In this document: positions 50,066 through 58,693 of the stretch, one piece after another | How the letters are laid out: every line of letters starts with the position of its first letter | Numbering within the stretch: position 1 is the first letter of the stretch | NCBI GenBank assembly: GCA_035290965.1 | Contig: DATDTD010000071.1 | Location: 48,155 to 112,154, forward strand | Length of the DNA stretch: 64,000 nt | From: an archaeon | GTDB lineage: Archaea; Iainarchaeota; Iainarchaeia; Iainarchaeales; GCA-2688035 | Reading direction: 5' to 3' | Made by a program: the position numbers and the translations under genes | The notes under the pieces: model-generated | What the model was told of the DNA's origin: nothing | Database searches by the model: none | Seen by the model: only the letters and a program-made list of their open reading frames with translations

Positions 50066-50870
50066 TTGCCGAAGCACCTTTTTTCAGGTAAAAAAAGGCA
50101 ATCGCGCTTCCCGAGAAGGCGATTGAAAAGGCCCAGAACAATGCAAAAACAAGCAAATTGAGAAAATCAATTGCGACAAGGTCTGCAAGGGAAGAGCCGA
50201 TTGAGGAAACAACTGATGCTATTATTGAAACAAGAAGCAGGAAAATAATCAGCAACAAGAAACCCAAGAAGCCCCTGTTTGTGAAGGCCCAGGATTTTCC
50301 AAGCGCATCCCTCAAGGAAAGCTTTTCAATTGCCATTATAGGGACAAAAAAAACAAGTTTTACAAGCAAAAAGAAAACCAGCAGTGCGAGAAGCGCAAGG
50401 AGAACAAGCGAAACAGCCAGGCTTATTGACGCAAGGGCAAATAATTCCCAGAAAACAATTCCAAACAACGCGCCCAAAAAAAACATGAAAACAACTGTTG
50501 CAAGGGCGGCTTTCCATTCCGAAAGAGTTTTTGAAAAAGCCTCTCCAAGCGAGGGCTTTTTTTCAAGTGCTTCCGAGGCAAAATTTGCGTAAAAAAAGTT
50601 TGTGGCAACAACGGCAAAAGCAATTACAAAAGAGGCAATGAACAAAACCGCAATGTCAAAGGAATACAAGAACAAAATCTGGAATGGCAACCCAAAGAAG
50701 CTTGTGTCCGGAACCTGCCCCAGAACAGCAATGTTTACAAGCAGGTCAAAATACTGTTCGGATACAATGAAAAAAACAAGGAAAATAAAGCCTATGAGCG
50801 CAAGCCCCGGCAGGAAAGACAACGGATGCTGCAATGGTTTCCTGAAACCGTTCAGCAGAGAGCCGATCAA
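50055..50870 (-). CDS. Multi-pass membrane protein
   Basis: About six hydrophobic segments, and a P..AIEK...DALGKSW pattern. Confidence 0.8.
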   Translation of the reverse strand: MIGSLLNGFRKPLQHPLSFLPGLALIGFIFLVFFIVSEQYFDLLVNIAVLGQVPDTSFFGLPFQILFLYSFDIAVLFIASFVIAFAVVATNFFYANFASEALEKKPSLGEAFSKTLSEWKAALATVVFMFFLGALFGIVFWELFALASISLAVSLVLLALLALLVFFLLVKLVFFVPIMAIEKLSLRDALGKSWAFTNRGFLGFLLLIIFLLLVSIIASVVSSIGSSLADLVAIDFLNLLVFALFWAFSIAFSGSAIAFFYLKKGASANAR

Positions 50871-50931
50871 AACAAAACACCTGAGTAAAATATGTTTTTG
50901 TTATTTAAAACACTTGCTGTTCAAAAAAAAA

Positions 50932-51777
50932 TTATGCTTTTGCAAGGAAGCCTTCCAGGAGTTTTTTTTCCGTGAGAATCTGCTGTTCTGAAACATTTGT
51001 GCCGTGCTCGAAAATCAAGGGGATTTTTTTAATCTGCGGAATTGTTTTCATGAAAGAAACAGCCTCTTCAGAGGGAATGGGTTTGTGCTCGTCAAAAGTA
51101 TTTGCCCTGCTGTAATGCACATGCATCTGGACAATTTTTTCCTTAAATTGCAGCATTTCTTCCAATCTGCCCTCTGAAAGCGCATGCCCCATGTCCAAAA
51201 GAAGCCCTGCCTTCGGAAGCCTTGAAAAAAACTCTCTGAAATCATCCGCAGAATAAATTGCGGGCTTGAAATGCGAATCAGGCACAACCTCAATGCCAAA
51301 ACCAATGCCGGATTTTTCAGCAAGTTCAAGGGCAAATTCTGCTGCGGAAAAACAGCCTTCAAGCGCTTTTTCCTTTGGAATAGGCTTTCCCTTGTTTTTT
51401 GGATAGTGCATTGAATCCGGCTCTCCGAAAAAGGCCTCTGACAAATAACCCGGATGGACAGTAACGCAGACAGCCTCAACTTCTTCTGCTGCCTTGAACA
51501 TTTCCGCAAGGATTTTTTTGTTCTGGGCAGTAAGCCCTAAAGAAAGGTTAAACCAGTGCTTTTCAGGGAGAGGAGGAAACAAGCCATGCAGAGTAAAATG
51601 CATTTCTGAAAAATCCTTTTTTATTTTTTTCAGTGTCTGGAAAATGCCTTTTTCAAAAGTATGCGCTGCTCCAAGCTCCGCTGTTTCAAAGCCAAGCTCA
51701 TGAATGCGCTTCACTGCATTATAAACAGAAAATTTCTGGAATGCAAAATAGCTCGAGCTTAACCCTATCATAAGCAT
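50932..51777 (-). CDS. Xylose-isomerase-like TIM barrel (sugar phosphate isomerase/epimerase family)
   Basis: VHPG, GIE, LLDMGHA, HVH, DEH and LIFE metal-ligand motifs. Confidence 0.8.
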   Translation of the reverse strand: MLMIGLSSSYFAFQKFSVYNAVKRIHELGFETAELGAAHTFEKGIFQTLKKIKKDFSEMHFTLHGLFPPLPEKHWFNLSLGLTAQNKKILAEMFKAAEEVEAVCVTVHPGYLSEAFFGEPDSMHYPKNKGKPIPKEKALEGCFSAAEFALELAEKSGIGFGIEVVPDSHFKPAIYSADDFREFFSRLPKAGLLLDMGHALSEGRLEEMLQFKEKIVQMHVHYSRANTFDEHKPIPSEEAVSFMKTIPQIKKIPLIFEHGTNVSEQQILTEKKLLEGFLAKA

Positions 51778-51845
51778 GAAAACCAGGAAAAAGAAATGCC
51801 TGAAAAAGGTTAAAAATCTCTTGCTGCTAAAATAAATCGGTTGAA

Positions 51846-52565
51846 ATGAATCTCGGGATAAAAAAAGCGTTTATTCTTGCAGGGGGTTTAGGAGAAAGGC
51901 TTAGGCCCTTGACGCTTGAAACAGCAAAGCCAATGCTCCAGGTGCTTGGAAAGCCGCTGCTGCAATGGAACATGGAGCTATGCAAAAAGTTCGGTGTTGA
52001 AGAAATAGTGCTTGCAACAGGATACAAGCACGAACAGATTGAGGACTTTTTCAAAAGCGGCGAGCATCTTGGCTTGAAAATTTTTTACAATGTGGAAGAA
52101 ACTTTTTTAGGAACAGCAGGAGCATTGAAGTTTGCAGAGGATTTTTTCAACGAGGAAAAAAAATTCATTATGATGAACGGCGATGAGACAAAGGACATTG
52201 ATTTTTCAAGCGTAAATGAAACCCATGAAAAAAATTCCGCGCTTGCAACAATTGCGCTTACAAAAGTCAACGATGCAAGCGATTTCGGATGCGTTTCCCT
52301 GCAGGGAGAAAAAATTTTGGAGTTCAGGGAAAAAAATCCCTCTTTGAAAAATCCCGGCATTATTAATTCGGGAGCTTACATTCTTTCCGGCAAAATCTTT
52401 GAGCTGATTCCTTCAGGGGGCAAGGTTTCCATTGAAAAGGAAACCTTTCCAAAAATAGCCTCAATGGGAAGGCTTTTCGGAAAGCAGGTTTCCGGGCAGT
52501 GGTTTCCGACCGATACTTTTGAACGCCTGGAAAAGGCAAAAAAAGAATGGAAAGGCTGGAAATAA
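51846..52565 (+). CDS. NDP-sugar pyrophosphorylase family nucleotidyltransferase
   Basis: LAGGLGERLRPLT, KPML, LGTAGAL, NGD and INSGAY. Confidence 0.9.
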   Translation: MNLGIKKAFILAGGLGERLRPLTLETAKPMLQVLGKPLLQWNMELCKKFGVEEIVLATGYKHEQIEDFFKSGEHLGLKIFYNVEETFLGTAGALKFAEDFFNEEKKFIMMNGDETKDIDFSSVNETHEKNSALATIALTKVNDASDFGCVSLQGEKILEFREKNPSLKNPGIINSGAYILSGKIFELIPSGGKVSIEKETFPKIASMGRLFGKQVSGQWFPTDTFERLEKAKKEWKGWK

Positions 52566-53111
52566 GAATAAGTGGACAAAACAAATTTCCCGTTGGGAAT
52601 TGCTTTTTGGAGACTGCAAAAAAATTTATAGAAAACATACTGCCAATCCGCCTGGTGAGCGCTCCATTGCAAGGCAATTCCGCAACAGGCAGCAGTGGTT
52701 TAACAGATTTCAATTTTGGAAAAAAATTTTCGCTGGTGATTCGAAAATAAACACCTCCGTGTTCAAAGCCTATCCTTTTTCCTTGGTGAGCCCCAAAAAA
52801 ACCACTACTAATAGAAATAGCGCCTTTGAAATATTAAAAGACAGGTATAACCGGCTAACGATGCGGAATTAAGGGCTGATTAAAAAGAGAGAATAGCGCT
52901 AAACAAAAAAAAAGTCTGGATAGTTTTTTGCAGTAACAGACAGCAAACTAAAACAACGCTACAAACAATACGGAAAAGTATTCGGAAGATTCGAAGCAAA
53001 AAAAGAAATACAAAAAATGTTCAAAAAAGAGCCTTGCACTTTAAGTCAAGGTTGCATTTTTAGTCTGAAAGTTGCATTTAAAGTCTTTAAAGTGGGTTTT
53101 ATATAGTTTTT

Positions 53112-55730
53112 TTGCCTAAATCAAACATGCAAATTGAACAAACAAAAGCTAAAATCCAAGAGTTAATTGTGGATTTTAGAGCTAATTATTCAAAGTATGA
53201 ACAGGGTTCGGAAGCGAATACTGAAACCAAACTTATTGAACCCTTGTTTGAAGCATTAGGTTGGGTTAAACAAGATTTTGATAAACGAATACCTGCTCGA
53301 AGAGAAGGTAAACGAGGGATAGCGGATTACGCCTTTAAAGTTGGGGATAGAACAGTTTTCTTTTTAGAAGCCAAAACAGTCGGAATACCTTTAGAAAAAG
53401 AAGCCGATAAACAAGTTATTTCCTATGCCTTGTCAAAAAGAATCCCCTTTGCGATTTCTACTAATTTTGAAGAATTGAAAGTTTTTTGCGTTGAACAAGA
53501 AAATGCTTTAACACAAACTTTTAGAGTTTTCAAAAAACCAGAGGATTATATTATCAACATTCAAGATTTATTATTGTTATCCAAAGAAAGCTTTGAAAAT
53601 AATTTGGCTTTAAAAAAAGCCGAAGATGAAGGAAGACTCAAAAAAAGAATGTCTATTGACAAGGCACTTCTTGAAGATTTAATTGGCATAAGAAAACACA
53701 TTGTTGAAGATTTAGAAAAGAACTATGCCCAAATATATGATTTGAATGAAAAAGAAGAAATTGTCCAAAGAATAGTTGACCGCTTAATTTTCATTAGAAG
53801 GTGCGAAGATGTTGGAATCAATCCAGAAAACTTTTCCTTGAAAGAAATAACTGAATTACCTCATGATGAGGCGTATCCAAAATTAAAACAATACTTCAAA
53901 AAATACAACGAAATTTACAATAGCGGATTATTTGTTATTGGAATAGACAACGATTGTGATAAAATTAATGTTAATGGTTTAATAATAAAAAAATTAATTG
54001 ACTGCTTGTATGAATCAAAAGATAAACAATACATTTACAATTTTGATTGGATTGATGCAGATGTTTTAGGGCAGATTTATGAACAATATTTAGGCAAAAT
54101 ATTGCAGCAAACAAAATCAGGCAAAGCTAAACTAAAGAATGGGCAAGCACATAGAAGAGAATCGGGTATATATTACACGCCCACGTTCATTGTAGATTTC
54201 ATTGTCAAAAATACTCTTGGAGAACTACTAAAAGACAAAAAAGTAAAGTTGAAAGAATTAAAAATTTTAGACCCCGCTTGTGGGTCAGGTTCTTTTCTAA
54301 TAAAAGCCTTTGATTACCTCTATGGAAATTTATCAGATAGCGATGACGCAAAACAACACAAATTAGATGGGCAGGGCTCTTATTCAATCAAAACAGAAAT
54401 ACTGAAAAAAAATCTTTATGGAGTGGACTTGGACAACAAGGCAGTAGAGATAACAAAGTTGAACTTATTACTTAAAGCTGCAGAAAAAAATAGAAGGCTA
54501 CCAGAAGAAATAGATTTGCATATAAGGAATGGAAATTCATTAATAGACAATGAAAATATTGACAAGAATGCTTTTGTATGGAAAGGCGATTTTCAGGCAG
54601 AAACATTTGATGTTATAATCGGAAATCCACCATATGGGGCATCACTAAATAAAGAAGAGCGAAGTTTTTTCTTGGAAAATTATAAGTATCGGGACAAGGA
54701 TATTAACACTTTTGTTTTGTTCATAGAACGAGCAGAAAAAGTTTTAAAAAACACTGGAAAGTTCGGTTACATAGTTCCAAAAAATATAATCAAAACAGAT
54801 GATTATGAAAACATTAGAAAATTCATTTTTGAAAACTTTTCAATAGAATCTATAACCGATTGTGGCAAATCATTTGAAGAAGTTACTGGCGAAATGGTAA
54901 TCTTAATATTAAGAAAACAGAAAAAAAATAGCAATAAAACAAAAATCTTCAGAATAGAAAATGAGAAACTAACAGAAATTGGTTTAATAGACCAATCCGA
55001 ATTTGGAAAACTTGAAAAATATCGGTTTAATATTTGCCTAACTGAAAAAATTCTTGAATTACTCAACAATATAAAGCGGGATACTTTGCCACTTGGAGGG
55101 CAAGTAAAAATATTTCGCGGAGTTGAAACTGGAAAAAAAGACGCATTCATTAGCGATAAACCAAAATCAAAAAAATTTAAACCGATAATTGCAGGAAAAG
55201 ATTTGGATAGATATGTAATCAAAAACATTAGGTTCATTGAGTATAATCCCACGCTTATTGAATTTAAAGACGAAAGAATGTATAACCAACCAAAAATATT
55301 GGTTAGAAAAATAGCTGGAGAGATTCATGCCACTTTTGATAAAGATAATATTTATACTACACAAGGGGTTTACATTTTCAATAATCCAGACCAAAATAGA
55401 TTAAAATTTGTTTTGGGTTTAATAAATTCAAAACTAATCAATTGGTATTATGAAATAATTTTTAACATGGGTTCACACTTAACAACGAATGTAACTATTG
55501 AAAATCTGAAAAATATTCCAATTGCAAAGACAGAATCTGTAAAAATAGTCCATCTTGTTGATAAAATGCTTGCATTGAATAAACGACTAAGCGAAATCGG
55601 AGAAAAAAATACTGCTGAAACTAAAGACATAAAGGGAAAGATTGATGGTTTGGATAAAGAAATTAATCAAGAAGTTTACCAGCTATATGGTTTGACTAAA
55701 ACAGAAATAAAGATAATTGAAAATAGTTAA
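53112..55730 (+). CDS. Type IIG restriction-modification fusion (PD-(D/E)xK nuclease, N6-adenine methyltransferase and target recognition domain)
   Basis: EANT..LIEPLFEALGW, ADY..EAK, GIYYTP, DPACGSG, GNPPY and a TaqI-like C-terminal region. The start may be ATG 53127. Confidence 0.9.
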   Translation: MPKSNMQIEQTKAKIQELIVDFRANYSKYEQGSEANTETKLIEPLFEALGWVKQDFDKRIPARREGKRGIADYAFKVGDRTVFFLEAKTVGIPLEKEADKQVISYALSKRIPFAISTNFEELKVFCVEQENALTQTFRVFKKPEDYIINIQDLLLLSKESFENNLALKKAEDEGRLKKRMSIDKALLEDLIGIRKHIVEDLEKNYAQIYDLNEKEEIVQRIVDRLIFIRRCEDVGINPENFSLKEITELPHDEAYPKLKQYFKKYNEIYNSGLFVIGIDNDCDKINVNGLIIKKLIDCLYESKDKQYIYNFDWIDADVLGQIYEQYLGKILQQTKSGKAKLKNGQAHRRESGIYYTPTFIVDFIVKNTLGELLKDKKVKLKELKILDPACGSGSFLIKAFDYLYGNLSDSDDAKQHKLDGQGSYSIKTEILKKNLYGVDLDNKAVEITKLNLLLKAAEKNRRLPEEIDLHIRNGNSLIDNENIDKNAFVWKGDFQAETFDVIIGNPPYGASLNKEERSFFLENYKYRDKDINTFVLFIERAEKVLKNTGKFGYIVPKNIIKTDDYENIRKFIFENFSIESITDCGKSFEEVTGEMVILILRKQKKNSNKTKIFRIENEKLTEIGLIDQSEFGKLEKYRFNICLTEKILELLNNIKRDTLPLGGQVKIFRGVETGKKDAFISDKPKSKKFKPIIAGKDLDRYVIKNIRFIEYNPTLIEFKDERMYNQPKILVRKIAGEIHATFDKDNIYTTQGVYIFNNPDQNRLKFVLGLINSKLINWYYEIIFNMGSHLTTNVTIENLKNIPIAKTESVKIVHLVDKMLALNKRLSEIGEKNTAETKDIKGKIDGLDKEINQEVYQLYGLTKTEIKIIENS

Positions 55731-55737
55731 TGTGTTC

Positions 55738-55905
55738 TTATTTTTCTATTGTTATTTTGATTTTTGCTTTTTTTCCTATGTGTTTGGCTAATTCTGGTTT
55801 TCTGATGTTTATTGTGCCATAGTCGTAGCTTTTTTTTGTGTTGTCAGCAAGCTTTTTTTTGTCTGTTGTTTTGCTGATTTTTCCTTCATATTCAAAGGTT
55901 GGCAT
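55738..55905 (-). CDS. Small basic protein (55 aa) divergent from the transposase
   Basis: Hand translation: MPTFEYEGKISKTTDKKKLADNTKKSYDYGTINIRKPELAKHIGKKAKIKITIEK. Confidence 0.65.
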   Translation of the reverse strand: MPTFEYEGKISKTTDKKKLADNTKKSYDYGTINIRKPELAKHIGKKAKIKITIEK

Positions 55906-55912
55906 ACAATAG

Positions 55913-55966
55913 TATTCTATATAGAATAGGTTTATAAACCTAATGCAATATATTCTATATAGAATA
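55913..55966. promoter_or_regulatory. Symmetric bidirectional promoter with twin palindromic operators
   Basis: TATTCTATATAGAATA at 55913-55928 and 55951-55966, flanking TAGGTTTATAAACCTA at 55927-55942. Confidence 0.7.
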
Positions 55967-55984
55967 CAAGGAGTGTTTTTTATT

Positions 55985-57175
55985 ATGAATCCAAGACAAG
56001 AAAGGGGTTTGCAGATAGCGCAGACAAAAACAATTCAGGCAGGGATTGATGGTTGGGTTGTGCCTTCGCAATCAAGCAGTAGAAAGTATTTTGTTCGCAA
56101 GGATTTTTCTTGTTCCTGTCCTGATTGCAAGGAACATAATGTTAAGTGCAAGCACGCTTTTGCTGTTGAATATTTTTTGAACATTGAAAAAACAAACAGG
56201 CAGGGAGTAAAAACAATTGAAAAAGTCAGAGTATCTTATCCACAGGCTTGGCACGTTTATAATCAGGCACAGCAAAGCGAAGGAAAAATGTTTGACGAAT
56301 TGTTAAAAGATTTGGTTGCTGATTTGCCTGAAGAAGAATATTTTTTTGGCAGACCTTCTCTTTCAAACAAAGAATCTGCTTTTTGTTCAATCAAAAAGGT
56401 TTATTCAAGGCTTTCAAGCAGGAGAGCAAAAAGCCTGTTCAACAGAGCAGTTGATTCAAAGCAGTTGAATCATTCTCCACATTTTAACGCTGTTTCAAAA
56501 TTTTTGAACAAAGAAACCACTACTGTTTTGCTTCAGGAATTGTTAGTTAAAACTGCTGAACCTTTGCAGGCTGTTGAAACAAGTTTTGCAATTGATTCAA
56601 GCGGATTCAGAACAACAAGATTTAACGAATACTGCAAAGAAAAACACGACACCAAAAAAAAGCATGAATGGATTAAGGCGCATATTTGTTGCGGAGTAAA
56701 AACCAATGTAATAACAGGCGCATTAATAACTGAAGGAAGCGCAAACGACAGTCCAATGCTCCCTGAACTTGTTGTACAAACAAGCCAGACATTTGATGCA
56801 GGGGAATATAGTGCAGACAAAGGCTATTGTTCAAGAAAAAATATGCAGTTTATTTCAGATACTGGGGCAAAGCCGTTTATTCTTTTCAAAGATAACACAA
56901 AGCCAAAGGCTTTTGGTTGTAGTGCTTGGAGAAATGCTTGGCATTTTTTCTCCCTGCATAAAGAAGAATTTTTACAGCACTACCATAAAAGAAGCAATGT
57001 GGAAACAACTTTTTTTATGGTAAAATCAAAGCTGGGGGATTCAGTTAAAAGCAAAAACTTCACAGCACAAAAAAACGAATTACTCTGCAAGCTAATAGCG
57101 CATAACATTATCGTGCTGATTCAAGAGATTCACGAGCTTGGAATAAGTGTCAATTTTGCAAAAGAATATGTGTAA
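55985..57175 (+). CDS. IS4/IS5-like DDE transposase with an N-terminal SWIM zinc finger
   Basis: CSCPD...CKH, AIDSSG, ADKGY and YHKRSNVETTFFMVK (Y-2-R-3-E-6-K). ATG 55985 follows GGAGTG. Confidence 0.92.
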   Translation: MNPRQERGLQIAQTKTIQAGIDGWVVPSQSSSRKYFVRKDFSCSCPDCKEHNVKCKHAFAVEYFLNIEKTNRQGVKTIEKVRVSYPQAWHVYNQAQQSEGKMFDELLKDLVADLPEEEYFFGRPSLSNKESAFCSIKKVYSRLSSRRAKSLFNRAVDSKQLNHSPHFNAVSKFLNKETTTVLLQELLVKTAEPLQAVETSFAIDSSGFRTTRFNEYCKEKHDTKKKHEWIKAHICCGVKTNVITGALITEGSANDSPMLPELVVQTSQTFDAGEYSADKGYCSRKNMQFISDTGAKPFILFKDNTKPKAFGCSAWRNAWHFFSLHKEEFLQHYHKRSNVETTFFMVKSKLGDSVKSKNFTAQKNELLCKLIAHNIIVLIQEIHELGISVNFAKEYV

Positions 57176-57212
57176 ATGCTTTTTGCTGTTAAAGATTTAT
57201 TAGGTGGTAAAA

Positions 57213-57377
57213 ATGGTTTTTATTGATGACCACAACAGAAACAAGGCTGACCTTGATGGTTATGGAAAGAAAACGATTACAAAAAAAGAATTTGAAGAAA
57301 TTGTAAAAGAAGAAAAAGAAATGGGTGGGCTAATAACAAGAGCTATGCTTAAAAAAATGTATAATATAAAAAAATGA
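57213..57377 (+). CDS. Small hypothetical protein (54 aa)
   Basis: ATG after AGGTGG; MVFIDDHNRNKADLDGYGKK...NIKK. Confidence 0.5.
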   Translation: MVFIDDHNRNKADLDGYGKKTITKKEFEEIVKEEKEMGGLITRAMLKKMYNIKK

Positions 57378-57566
57378 TTTTCAAAAGCTATTTTTAAAAA
57401 AAGAATAAGCGTAAAAACAATTTGCTTTCTACTTCTAATAAGAATTGCATATTGGGAGATGCACTCCCTCAAAGATTGTGGCGCTAACCACTATCTTAAA
57501 CAGATAGTGGTAGCTATGAAAATAAAAAACAATCTGAAAGGGGGTGAACAAAAAGAGGGATTTAGA

Positions 57567-57713
57567 ATGGCAATAAGAGTCAAAAAAGCAGATTTGAAAA
57601 CACTCAGCGTACTTCTTTCTATTTTTTTAGCCATTTCTACTTTTTTTCAAGCGCAATATGTTTTAACTGTAATTTTCATTATTTTTGCAGTAGTTCTTTG
57701 GCGGTTGGATTGA
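57567..57713 (+). CDS. Small two-TM membrane protein
   Basis: MAIRVKKADLK followed by two hydrophobic helices; GAGGGA ribosome-binding site. Confidence 0.6.
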   Translation: MAIRVKKADLKTLSVLLSIFLAISTFFQAQYVLTVIFIIFAVVLWRLD

Positions 57714-57714
57714 C

Positions 57715-57981
57715 ATGAGTGTAAAGAGCAATGTGCTGTTTATTATTGGGCTTGTTGTCATTTTGCACGCTTTATATTTTTCTTTTACAAATCCAACTAT
57801 GTTAACTAATTTTTTCTCTATTCAAACAATTATAATTATCCAACCCATTGCCGAGATATTTTTGGGTCTTTCACTCTGTGTAGTTTCTTTATTCTTTAAT
57901 GGTGGGAATGAAGATACTTTAGAAGCCGAAATAGGGCTTAGAAGTATTAAACTAAAAAAAACAAAAAAAGAGGTGAAATAA
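57715..57981 (+). CDS. Small two-TM membrane protein
   Basis: Two hydrophobic helices and a basic tail; abuts both neighbours. Confidence 0.6.
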   Translation: MSVKSNVLFIIGLVVILHALYFSFTNPTMLTNFFSIQTIIIIQPIAEIFLGLSLCVVSLFFNGGNEDTLEAEIGLRSIKLKKTKKEVK

Positions 57982-58145
57982 TGGACATAATAAAATTTGT
58001 GCTTTCAATAATTGGTTTTTTCGTTGGTATTGGCTTTGTTTATTTTTTCATGCCATTTGCTTCAGCTACCGCCCTTTTCGTAGCCATTATAGGCATCATA
58101 GTCATTGCTTTGATTATAATTTTTTCTATTATAACCAATAGATAA
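57981..58145 (+). CDS. Small two-TM membrane protein (54 aa)
   Basis: GAGGTGA ribosome-binding site and TAATG overlap; MDIIKFVLSIIGFFVGIG...IITNR. Confidence 0.6.
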   Translation: MDIIKFVLSIIGFFVGIGFVYFFMPFASATALFVAIIGIIVIALIIIFSIITNR

Positions 58146-58276
58146 AAAATTTTTATCTTTGCATTTTAAGTGTTCATTCTGCACTTTTAGTTCCCCTTTT
58201 TCAAGACTTTAAGTGCAAGGCTTCAAAAAAGAACAAGTTTATTAAGTAGAAAAAGGCTAAATAGAATTGGTTTTAA

Positions 58277-58693
58277 ATGAAAAAACTAGTGTTATTGGCC
58301 GTTTTAGTTCTGATTCTTATTGTAATACTTTTTGGCGTATTTTGGAGTAATCTGTTTGTGCCGCGAGTTAATCCAAGAGCAGAGCCTTACTTTGATTTTT
58401 CAAAAGCGGTTAATGCTCCGAACACAATTATTGTTTCGCAAAATTTGAGGATTCCACAAGGTGCCGTTTATACTGCTGGAATCTTTGCTGAAACAGCAAC
58501 AGGAATAGACGAAAACTGTGTAGAGATTCAAGCAAACGACCCAGTTACATTTACTGTTCACGAAGGCAAGCTTCTGCAAACAAACAAAGTAAGTACAACT
58601 AACATTTATTACAAGTGTGTTTCTGGAGAAACAATAGAAAAAAACACATGCCCGCTCTTTTGTACAATAAGTTTTGGAAAAGAACTAACTTGA
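58277..58693 (+). CDS. Membrane-anchored or secreted hypothetical protein
   Basis: N-terminal hydrophobic anchor and four Cys. Upstream region is homologous to that of 8637. Confidence 0.7.
   Translation: MKKLVLLAVLVLILIVILFGVFWSNLFVPRVNPRAEPYFDFSKAVNAPNTIIVSQNLRIPQGAVYTAGIFAETATGIDENCVEIQANDPVTFTVHEGKLLQTNKVSTTNIYYKCVSGETIEKNTCPLFCTISFGKELT

Larger units (their letters stand above)
53031..58221. mobile_element. Cargo-carrying DDE transposon, 5191 bp
   Basis: TIR GCCTTGCACTT(T/A)AAGTC at 53031-53047 and 58205-58221 (16/17 match). Flanking direct repeat TTCAAAAAAGA at 53020-53030 and 58222-58232. Internal transposase. Confidence 0.92.

Noticed and set aside
52566..53019. Possible ncRNA, tRNA or small gene in the gap before the transposon
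   Set aside because: No cloverleaf, convincing stem set or credible ORF was found by eye. A covariance-model search would be needed.
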